Assembly (NCBI GenBank): GCA_000708835.1
Contig: DF237030.1
Coordinates: forward strand, 1 to 64,000
Origin: Klebsormidium nitens
Taxonomy: Eukaryota > Plantae > Klebsormidiophyceae
Reading direction: 5' to 3'
DNA length: 64,000 nt
How positions within the stretch are numbered: position 1 is the stretch's first letter; every line of letters starts with the position of its first letter. A program made the translations under genes and the position numbers. The notes under the pieces were generated by a model. That model was not told the DNA's origin. It worked only from the letters and a program-made list of their open reading frames with translations, and searched no databases. Shown here piece after piece: positions 37,252 to 48,147 of this stretch.

Positions 37252-38920
37252 ATGATTCAGAGGGCGCTGTTGCTGCGCATTGCTCAGCGCTTCGTAGCAC
37301 CACCGATTGAGGGTGCGCTAAACAGAGGGCCCCGTGCATACTCCCCGTCTGAATCAAGAGACGTCATGGAAAAAGGAAAGAAGGTGGAAGAGAAAGAAGA
37401 GAAAGAAAAGATGGAGCATGAAACGAAGCGGGCCCTGGAAGAGACGAGGGGCGAGCAAGCAGAGATAGACCAGAAGGCTGAGAGATGGGTCCAGCAGGGA
37501 AAGCGGAAAGCGGAAGACAGGGAACGGAACGAACAAACGGAACAAATAGACAGTCAGAAGGAAATGGGGGGGAACCAATCGGAGCCTTTGAAAGCCGAGG
37601 ATGAGCAGAGCAAAGCGAAGTTAGAGCAGGCGGTGCGTCGCGCGAGCGACCCGAACCTCACGGATGATCTCGTAACTGAGATGCCGATTGGCTACAACGC
37701 TGAGTTCGAACTAGATGCGGGGGTAAGGATCTTCCAAAAATGCACGGAGTTCTGAGAATGAGTGCATGCACTGGTTCTGGTTAGTGTTGCATCTGTCGAA
37801 CAATTCGAGGCTGAGCATTGCAAATGCTGAGATGGGCAATCAAGCTTTTGGCCATATCAGTGATCCCGAGCTGTTGAGGCCATATCAGTACCCAGCCCAC
37901 TCGTAGATTTTGGTCGTAGATTTCTGTGGTGCAGTTTATTCGAATCAACTACCAGCAGCCACTTCTGTCGGCGCCTTTCTGGTCTATTTTAATCTGGTGT
38001 AAACCAACTTTGTTGAAGATGACTATTTTGCTCCTTGGACGCTTCGCAAGTTCAAAGTTGGGAACCGGAGGAGAGTCGATTGTGGGCTGCAAGCTTGTAC
38101 TCGAGACAATCAATGTAGAGAGTTTGTTTTCTGCGGCTAACTTCAGATTCGAGATTTGAAAGCGCCACAGACTTAGAAGAGCGTCGTCTTTGTAAGAATC
38201 TTTGCTCTGCTTGTTTCTACAGAAAATTAGTCTGCTTCGAGACTGGTCAGAGTCTCTGTTATCCATCCAACGTACAGCCGTTCCTTTGGAGGTTGAGCAA
38301 TGTATTTTCCTGGCCCAACCCAATGCCCACGTACCCTTACTTCCAGTAGGCGCCTTGTATCTCTATTTCGTCCAATCTGCTCGCATAGCTTCGTGAATCA
38401 CACCGTCACTCACCAGATTGTGTCTCATTACCCTTTTTCTTCAGACGCCGTGTCGAGTCTGAACCATCCATGCTTCGCCCTCCTGGCGTTCAAAAGCCTT
38501 CCTCCAGATGCCTCTCGTGAGCGCAGACGAGATCCTCGAGAGGGCGCCTGGCCCTTTTCAAAACCCAACGCCCAAATCCATCCCAGACTGCGCTCTAACT
38601 CTACGGCTCGTCCCAACGCTCGCAGGACCTGCCGTTACTAGTAGCAATTGGTCAACAACTAAATTGTGTGTCACACAACCCATCTTCAAGCATCACACAA
38701 GGTCTCTGTCAAAACAGAACGCAGAAAGTTTCAGACACTTCGGAACCTTTGTTTTCAGGTGCCCCTCGTGAGCGCAGACGAGATCCGCGAGTCGTCGCCG
38801 GTCCCCGAGCACGTGGTCACCGCCGTGCTGTGTCCGCACGGGTACGCCGACCCGGAAGACTGCCCCATCTGCAGAGAGGAGATCAAGGAGGAGTTGCGGG
38901 AAGTATTGCAACACCTGTGA
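37252..38920 (+). CDS. Hypothetical protein with a Glu/Lys-rich coil and a C-terminal CPHG-x6-CPIC motif; 2 exons
   Basis: Exon 37252-37722 (GGG|gtaagg) joins in phase 0 to 38759-38920 (ttttcag|GTG). The start codon could instead be 37365. The N-terminus MIQRALLLRIAQRF resembles an organellar presequence. Confidence 0.55.
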
Positions 38921-39971
38921 GCGAGCCGTTGAAAGTGGGCGCTTTCTACAGCCTCCCTGGAGTCGAGTAATGAGACGACAGCAGAAAGAAACAGTTCACT
39001 CTGTTAAAAGCAATCGTGTGAGTCGTAACCGTATCAGGTAAATGTGCGATTTCCGTGAAAGGAGACGCAAAGAAACCAGAAAACAGACACATGGAGCTAG
39101 TGATCAGCTTGCTTCGGGGGTGCTCTGTTCCCTACGATGATGCTTTCTGCTGGAGGAGTGCAGCTCTTGAAAAAGTCTATCAAGCACCTTTGCCGTGATC
39201 AACAACGATAAATGCGAAAAATCTTATTTCACGTTAGGGTTTTGAATGAAGGTCTGGGATTAACGAGCAAGGGAGTTTCCAAATTCGTGTTTAATGGAAG
39301 ATGGATGTACGACTCACTGGTATCCAATAGGTATCCAATATCTTACGACGAGGACTAAATACGCGATGTGACGTCGATGAGGTACAAGTTTAGAATGGGG
39401 TGCGCTGAACAATGGGCTGTATCAGATGTACGCATCCTTAACCTTCACTTATTTAAGAAGATTGCAATCTTTCTGGCTGTAGTCAAGGTGACTTGTTGTC
39501 ACCGGTGAGATGTGCGACAAATGCTGTGCCAGAGCTCTTGGCCATCATCTTTTGCATCCTCTGGCCGGCCATATGAAAGCCCTTTCTTCGAGTGCACTAA
39601 ATTTCAAATCGAGCTGCGCAGTGCGTGCGTTCCCTTTGGTCGTAACACTACTGATGCATGCCAGCACGATGTCCGACTCGGTCAATGCTCCTGTGAATTG
39701 TCAATTTTGCATGGATGAGTACATGCTTTTCACTGACAAGGGTTGCCATAAGTCTGGCCACTCCACATGCTGAAAGCCTGACTTGCTGTACATGTAAGTT
39801 TAAAAGTCATGTAGGGCATTGAATCCCAGCAGCGCCGCCTGCACGCTGGCATGGCAAAAGACCCGATATGGAAGCCTGATTAGTGTCATGGGCGTTCTTG
39901 CAGGATAGCTTCTTGGATTCGGGCATGTAAGAGTGATGGGAAATGCAAGAAAGCTTTGCGACTACCCGCCG

Positions 39972-42741
39972 TCATACTTCTCGAGTCCTCTGCCTGGCGA
40001 GCCTCATCAGCTCCTCAAACTCGTCCGCTGTGAGCTTCACTACAAGCTCTACCACCCGCCCCGGATCGCTTTCCTTGCTTTTATTGGACGGCTCCTCGAG
40101 GGGCTCGATCGGAGTGCCCGGTTCTAGATTGCCTTGCTCTAAGCTACTGCTTTCCGTAGTACCGGGCACACCAGTCAGTTCCCCGGGTGAATCTTCCGGG
40201 CTGGTAGCGTCTAACGAGAACGCGTCATCAGGGAGAGCGAACGACCTCTGCACGGAAAACGGCGAATGAGATAAATAAGGGATCCCTCCCGGCGCTTCTA
40301 ATGACGCCCACCCACGATGGGGGGGACTGTTGGATATAGATGGCCTCATGGAATACTAAGACGACAATTCTGGTTTTGGGAGCGTTTGCAGCAGGCATGT
40401 GCTCTGAAACATGTCTGGAGGCGTTGGTTGAAGCTTCTCCCTTGTCGACGTTCATTTCAGCATTAGCGCCCGCAAAAGGAGCGCGTTCCGAATCGTGCTT
40501 TCGGTTGGCACCATTACTTTAAGCGGCGCCAAAAGAAGCTGCGAACAGAAATTCGCCAGCCCACACTTCCGATATTGCGAGTCAGGCGGTTCTAAAAACG
40601 TGAACGCTTTCAAAGACAAACGCACCTTTTTGGAGTGGCTTCTGCCAGAAGGCGCAGCCGGGGGGCTCGGCGGCTCAGGAAAAGCGACCCCCTGCAGCGG
40701 GCTGGGGACATAATTAGGCCCCAGGGCAGCGGGCCGCAAGCTGCTTGCCGGGGGGGAGCCAGTGCGGGGTGACATGGCCCCCCTGGGAGACTTCATTCCG
40801 CTCCGGGGGGACGTTGGCCCGGTTTGGAAAGGGGGGGTTCCTCGGAGGCTGTGCAGGCGCAGGGCGGGCTTTGCTGGGAGCTGAAGAACGGGGGGTGCAT
40901 CGGGAGGCGCGGCGAACGACTGGTGGCGCCGAGAAGTGCCCTTGGGAGTGGAGGGCGCACTGGAGAGAAAAAGTGAGCAATGAGAGAAGGGAATGGGGCT
41001 GGAAAGGGTTGGGCATTGAGAAACGTTTGTATGGCGGATGAAATATACTCTTGTTCACTCCCGACGCAGTTCGGGCTGGGCAACTCTGAAAGCTTCTTTT
41101 TGGTGTGAAATCTGGTATTCTCTTTGAGATTAAACAGAGCGTGCAGGGGGCTCGACCATGAAGTAGCTGACCAGCAGCATCGTGAGCTGGGCCTTAGCTA
41201 GCTCGTGAATTCCGGGCGACAGCTCGTTCTACTATTCATCACAAGCGGTTGGCTTGGAGGCTGAAATCGGGATCAATCTTCATCAGGCGACAAGTTGAAA
41301 TCGCAAAAAGAAAAGGGTAACTGTTTACTGCCGGTCGGCGTTGCGGGCTTAGCCAAGTAGCCCCTATTATACACGTGAGATGTGATGGCCTCAACGCAAA
41401 TGTAAGATTTAGATCCTTCTCATCTGAGCTTCCTCGTTCATATGAACCAATATCAGTTATTGTTCGTGCAAGAAATGTACACTGCGAGGCCGTACTCAGC
41501 GAATGGAGGACACAACAGCAGTACGTCGTGCTTTGAAATTTCCTTGCAGCAACAATAGGAAACAAATCGGCATAGCGCTCACCTGTGTACTGTTGCGAGC
41601 GCTCCCCCCGTTTTCTTCCATAGCAGTGCGCCCAGGCCCTGCGCCGACAGCGTGTCCGACGTGTTCACTGGAAGCGGCTTGATGGGGGGGCGCACCGCAA
41701 GGGGGGCCTCCAGGGCTTTTAGCAGGCGCTGGAGTCGCAGGCGTTCCCGTTCAAACAGAACCGACCGGTCCTCTGCAGGAAGATTGTGGAAAGGTGACTT
41801 ATATGCAGCTTGGGATACTCAAGCACTGCTCGTGGAGTCCTTTAAAGAACCGGAGTGGCATGCCTCTGAAGCTGCGCCATGAGAGGCTCCTACAGCATTG
41901 GAAGGTTGAATCAATGCATGAAAGCAGATTAGTCGTACGCACTTGCCCGGTAGATCTGCCCTCTTGCAAGGAATCAAGCCTGTAGAGTCTCAGACAAGGG
42001 TTACCTATCACGCCCTCTCTTGCCAGCCCCTATCAGACGCTCCGCAACTCTTTGGAGCCGCAGGCTTTGGCCCCCTCTGCTCTCGAAATTGAGCACACCA
42101 GTGAACACCACTTCCACCCCCATTTTACGGCGCCGCTTAGAAGAGTTTGGCTCTGCTGTCAGCTACCTCTCTGCAGCAGCATTTTCGTTATTTCAGCTGG
42201 TTGAGTTGTGCCCACAGGGAGGCGCTCACCTAAGATGATGCTCTCATAGAAGCTCTTGAGCTCAGTGGCTCGGGCCCGCAGCGCCGCCCCCAGGCGTAAC
42301 AGGGCCTCTTCTGCCACCCCCCTTGCCGCGGAGTTGGTGGGACACCGCTCCGCCTGGAAGGCACAGAAAACCAGCTCAATAGTTTGACAAAGAAAGAAAG
42401 GGGAGCTGAGAGATTAAGTCGCCAGGTCTCTTGTATATAAGATTGAACGTAGAAGACAATCCCAGGCAATAGTGTAGGCCGAGCGCTCACATTCCAACGC
42501 CAGATGCCCGTCCCACTTTCCTGAAGTGGAATTTCAGCTCGACACAAAAGATGGCCCTGTTGCAAGGAAAAAGCTCTGGAATCTGGTGAGCCAGCTGGCA
42601 GCATTTTCATACCCGGTCCCGCAATTTCCTTGCACGGATGGTCATCCCCTCATCCTGCTCTGCCACAGCTGCGAGGGCAGTGACGTGCAAAGGAACCCAC
42701 GTGACGCTGCCATTGTCTGCCGGAAGGTTCATCTGGCCCAT
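39972..42741 (-). CDS. Hypothetical Pro/Ser-rich protein, at least 5 exons; 5' end uncertain (may extend to about 43250)
   Basis: Exons 42741-42613, 42353-42230, 41772-41583, 40959-40626 and 40247-39972 join in frame with canonical sites. Ends VVELVVKLTADEFEELMRLARQRTREV. No family recognised. Confidence 0.6.
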
Positions 42742-43115
42742 CTTGAAACGGAGCTCATAGAGCTTGCCTCAACATCGGCACCGAGAAGAGTGGTTTCTGA
42801 GGCGCCTCGTAAAGACGAACATGGGCGGTCCGTGTCCTCTCATCGGCCCAGATGCTTATAGGAAAGTCACTTCAGAGAATTGAGCTAGAAACATCCCTTC
42901 AATGGTCCTCTAAAACTCACTTTCGGGAAAGCTTCAATCTTGTCCGCATCTTGAGCTGTTCTGTTCTTCTCCGGTGCAAATCGGGCAGATCTTCCTTCAA
43001 CAAGGACCACATGGCCGGGAAGAAGGGCAAATGGTACTATTGCCACTGTTGGTGGTAAATGCCGCTTTAGAGAATCCGGCCGGCGAGCTGAGCCTCAGGG
43101 GACAGGGTTTCAAGA

Positions 43116-43137
43116 TTAGGGTTCCAAGGAACCCTAA
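43116..43137. promoter_or_regulatory. Palindromic telo-box-like element between divergent genes
   Basis: TTAGGGTTCC-AA-GGAACCCTAA is a perfect 10-bp inverted repeat with an AACCCTAA core on each strand. Regulatory role is inferred. Confidence 0.4.
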
Positions 43138-43321
43138 ACTTTACTAGCGCCGCCGCGGTCGGCTTGGCGGCCGCGCTGGACAGCGGCCAGCGCGGACCGG
43201 GACTTTCATTGGCACGAGTGGCGCAGCGGGGCCAGGCAGCGGGGCGCATTTATGCAGCTTCAGAGGCTACTCAGGTGACATTGTGCACAATTTGAACAGT
43301 CTTCGAGCTCAAGTTGAGAGG

Positions 43322-46300
43322 ATGGAGTCTCTCATGGCAGCAAGAGCGAGCGCCACATCCTTCAGCCCGGCTGTCCAAAGCCCCGCCATCCAGCGCCCTG
43401 CAAGACCGTCTGCTTTTGTAATCCCAGTAGACAAGAACGGCAAGCTCAAGCGTGCTCACCTTGACAGCTGGCAGCATGACCTGGTGACGAAATCACAACC
43501 TTTGCATGTGCAGACAAAGCAGCATATGACAGCATTCAGTACCCAAGCTGCAGAGAAGTCAGTTTCTCGTGCAAAAGGGCCGCGAGCGGCGTGCCCGTGC
43601 TGCGGGCGGAGGGCGGCACTGCTGGGGGGAGCTGCAGGGCTGTTACTGCCAAACCAGGGGCTGGCTCAGGTGGGGCTAGCTTCTATGCCAGGAAAGCTTC
43701 TAACATTAACGTCAATGATTGTTGGATGTCGGTCAATCGTTAAGCTTGCTGACCAGGGGATGTGCAGACTGAGATACCTCAATGCCCTCAATCGCATTGC
43801 AACGTGGGATGTGAATTGCAAACCAGAATTAGGCAACACTCAAACAGCCAATTGGATCAAAGGCCCCCGACATTCAGATGTCAAGTAAAAAGAGGAGGAG
43901 GGAACGCGTGTTGGCTTTGTGAGAGCATTAATAGGTAGTTTCGAAGGGTTGATGGCTTATAGCCTTGGTGAAGACCTGTTATTGTGCCCTCAGGAGGCTG
44001 CGGCAGCTGCCGCAACACAACCACCTGGGGCACTGCGTCAGTGGTACGAAGAGTTCTTTGCGTTCGGGCTAGCCAAAGGAGGGGCCATATATGAACCAAA
44101 GGTGAGACATTCTGGCCTTTCGCTTCCGACAACCTGTTCATGTCGAGCATCTCTCCCAATTGACCCAGTCTTCCATTGACAGCTGTCACTTGGCTACCGC
44201 CCATAAGTAAAGATTAGTATCATTTGTAGGAGCTTGTTGAAAGTCATTTCACATGCTCATGCTTCTCTCCAGCATGTTTCCAACCTCCTCCAGGATGCTG
44301 ACATCAAACACAGAGTGTGAGTCCAACTCCGATCCGCACTCTTGTAACAGGTCCGGCCGTACAAGGATGCGGTATTCCACCAGCTGCAGGACAACCTTGC
44401 AGAAAGCAAAGCAGCGGATTCAACTCTTGAAGTTTTGGAGATTGTGAGCGACACAAACGCCCCTCTACTTCGAACGCAGGGCATGGATCATGCAATAGAG
44501 GATTGCTTCGACCTAGGTGAAGAAGAGTTGCTGCTGCCATGTCCATCTTCTGCTTATTGGGAAGGGAAAGTGGCATTAGAGGGGGTGCTCGAAGTTGAGA
44601 CTCTTGGCTTTGGGGGTTTGGTAAGACTCTACGAGTCCGCTTAAGGGCAGTGAAAACAGTCTTCGTGGCTTGGGGAAGGGTAGAAACCGGTGTGAAAAAG
44701 CCCTGTGTCAAATGGTGTGAAAAAGCCCTGTGGGAATCTAGGTCTTGGTGAGACGCAAAACCCGTCATATGTCCACACTTCTGACTTTGCGAAACGAATG
44801 AAGCGAAATTCACGACCTGGGCTAAAAGAGCCTAAATAGTCCTGATTGTATCCACAGCTAAAAGCAAACCCTCGTTGGCGACCCCCTTTTTTTTTTCTGA
44901 TTCGCCGCAGGGTGTTGGTCCCGCGCCCAACCTTCATTACTGGGCGGACTGGCCGGGGCGCGTTCATGTGACCGGGGTAGATCGCAACTCTAGCATGGAG
45001 CCCTATGCCCAGGAAAACGCGCACCAACCGGGGCTCGACCGGTTGGCCTTCGACTTCTCCCTGGGGGTACGTTGCGCACCGGATTTCGAGCCCCTCGCTA
45101 GCGCGACTTCTTCTTCTGTCATATGCGATAACGAGTAAAGTTGAATCCTATTGGGGAAGGAGAGCCGTTTATCCGAACCTGTTGACTGTTCGCAAATGGT
45201 TTGCCCCCAAGAAAAGAACGGTTGTCGTCTCTCTGCTCGACCTTGATGTCGGTTCAAAGGACGCCCCCGCCTTATCCTGCCGCTTTCACAGTTGGTCTCG
45301 ATGGGGATTCGCTTTAGATCACTTTCCGGTGGGTGGAACGCATTGACGCATGGTTTTTGATTGCCGTTCGCCCATTTGGAGAACCCGCTCGATCATTGGC
45401 GACTGGCTTCGCCCGCCTCAGCTTTATTTGTAGACTGGCATTCTTTGTTTCCGAAAGTCCTCAATGAACTGCTGAATGCTGCTGTCGCTGACTGGACGAT
45501 CGTATCAGGTCGCAACCTCTTTCACGAGCATCAAACGACTTCTGGGACTCCTCGTTTCCCCGAGAAGGAAGTTCCCTGAGCGCCATTCTTCTCGTGCTCT
45601 GTTCCGGTCCGCTCACAAAATCTTCTGGCGGATCATGCAGAGCGCGGCAGACCTTCCCGTTCCCTCCACGAGCGTCGACGTCGTCGTGGGAACGCTCATC
45701 CTCTGCTCGGTAGATGACGTGGCCCGCTCCCTCTTAGGTGACGTCATCCCTGCTTTATGTGGCGCTTTTTACCGCTGACGCTTTGCCTGCGGTCGCTCTT
45801 TTCCCCTGGACCTCGGTTTCGCTGCGTACTTGACGTGGAAGGGGAGCACTTTGTAAGATCCAGACGCTCATCTCAAGATCAACAATGGGGTCATCAATGC
45901 AGCTCGCTTCGTCATTCCTTGCAAAGACATGCTTGGTCGTGGTGGGTCTTGCTTGTTCAGGCGTCTTCTCAGAGACTGAGTACTATTTGATCTAGCGCTC
46001 ACCGCCGATGCTTCGCCCTTTGCGCCGCATAGGGCATCCGAATAAAGTTGTTACGATCCCAGGAACCCAAGGACAGTCGAGGGTACTTTTTCGCTTCCAA
46101 GGCATCGCTTGCGAGCCTGCTTCTCTTGATTCAAAGTGCACAAGCATCCCGTCCCTAAGGACGGTTTCTTTACAAATGTGACCATCAGCTCGGAGAAAGT
46201 TCGTCATGTTCGGATCCTTTCGTTCGTGCAGAAGTCAGGCGGGTTCTGCGACCGGGCGGCAAATATCTCTTCATTGAGCACGTGGCCGCCCCAGGTGCGT

Positions 46301-46758
46301 TTGCTTCCTCTCCAACGCACATTTTACGTGGCTTGAGTGCCTGAGGGGGGTCGACTCTTCAATTGCGTTTTGTAAACAGTGATTACTGCCCGACGCAACA
46401 GGGTTTGAGACGTGACTGCCACCATTCGGCGGTTGAAAGGCCCGGGCAAGGCGTTGCTCGGCCTGTTGTCACGAAATTAGTTCAAGTCTTGCGTTGGCGA
46501 TGCTTGGCCTACAGCACAAACCTGTGTACTGCTTGTTCTCAATGAAGCGCGTACTGTTGTGCAGACGGGACAGCCCTCCGACAGCTCCAGAACACGCTCA
46601 ATCCCCTGCAGCAAGCGTTGGCAGATGGGTGTCACCTGAACCGAGACACGTTGCAAGCCGTGCGACGAACTGGTTTTGCTTCTGTCGACGCTTCGAGCAT
46701 AAACATAGACGGCCTTAGCCTCCTCGCTCCTCATATTGTGGGCATTGCTACCGCCTGA
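43322..46758 (+). CDS. SAM-dependent methyltransferase (Methyltransf_11, METTL7-like), probably plastid-targeted; 7 exons, about 352 aa
   Basis: Exons 43322-43669, 43994-44101, 44351-44443, 44911-45066, 45641-45737, 46232-46294, 46565-46758. Motifs WYEEFFA, VLEIGVGPAPN, SVDVVVGTLILCSV, EVRRVLRPGGKYLFIEHV, LADGCHLNRD. Confidence 0.88.
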
Positions 46759-48147
46759 TCAGGTGGGGATACTCCACGTCGAGTCCTCGAATTGCGCTGA
46801 TCGAGTCGCAGCTCATCCTTGCTCCATATTAGAAGGGACGGTTGCATATGCTTGGAAATGATGAGCTTGAAGGCTGCAGCATGCTCCATTGAATCACTGA
46901 ATCTGAATCAGTGATCGATAGCTCAAGAGCTATCCAGTGAGCTTTATAATGATTCTGCATCATGTGCGCAATATGATGTACTGAGGACTCATACTACAAT
47001 TGGCGTTACATTGGATAATGACATCCGCTGCACCACTCAGTGAAGCGCGGCGGTGCAAGCATGCAGATTGTTTCTCGCTAATTACTATCAGAGCTCAACC
47101 ACAAGTAGTTTGCGTGCAATCCGAGATCATGCATGCGCGGTCATCATGTGCACGCGATTTAAGCGACTCTAGCGGATTGGATCCGACCGTCCATGCGTTC
47201 TTCTTGCCAGTATGTACGTGCCTCACATGGGCGATATGATCTTAAGCGGCGCCCGCCCTATGTCCGATATCAAATTAACGTGCCATGGCATGTGCGCCAA
47301 TGACGGTCATTCATGTGCCAGGTCCAATGGGTCCATCAATGATGTACATAGCTACTGTAATTAATAGCTCCATTCTCCATGTATTTTGACGGGCACTGCA
47401 ACAACAGTGATACATTATTACTTTCATGTGGTGACCGGCATGCAAATCTCCGGCATGCAATGATGACAACCACTGTCGATTGTGGAAGGCAGCAGCAACT
47501 CTTGGCAGGCCAACAGTGCAGATCGAGTATTTTCAACAGGTAATGTGTTCAGATGCAATCTTACGACAAAGTTTATGCAAGCCCTCCTTGAATGTTCGCC
47601 AAGCAACTCATATCCTAGAGCGACGAGCTGTGGGCGCCCTAAAGTACACATCGCACGACTCGTGCCCTGTATCGCTTTGATTCAAGCGAAGGGACCCAGG
47701 ACTGAAATGAAAAAGCGTCTTGGACTAGTCCTGCAGTTCAGGTCTCAATGGGTGGTTGCGGCAACTGGTTGTGCTGTTGCAGATAGCTGGCAGCTGTCCA
47801 ATTTAAAGGGTAACTGCAAGGAGGCGTCACAACATGGTCAGCTTTGTCTTGGAACAGGGTGAATCACCGAATAGGGTTTGAATCACTGCTGAGAGACTCT
47901 GCCACCAGTCTCAGATCCGTCGACAGGTAAGACGCTGATTACAAACCTGCCCAGGAGGCATTTCCAATTCAGTTACCCACTGACAGAAGTATTGCGAAGT
48001 TGGAGGAAAAACACCCAAGTAAAATACCCTCCACGACCAGATGGTTTTGCAACCTGCCTGCAGAAAACACTGCATGACTTCCTGGCAGTCACGGTTGTAA
48101 AATTTCTTCAACGTACACCAATGGCAACCAATTGCGAACTGCCCAAC

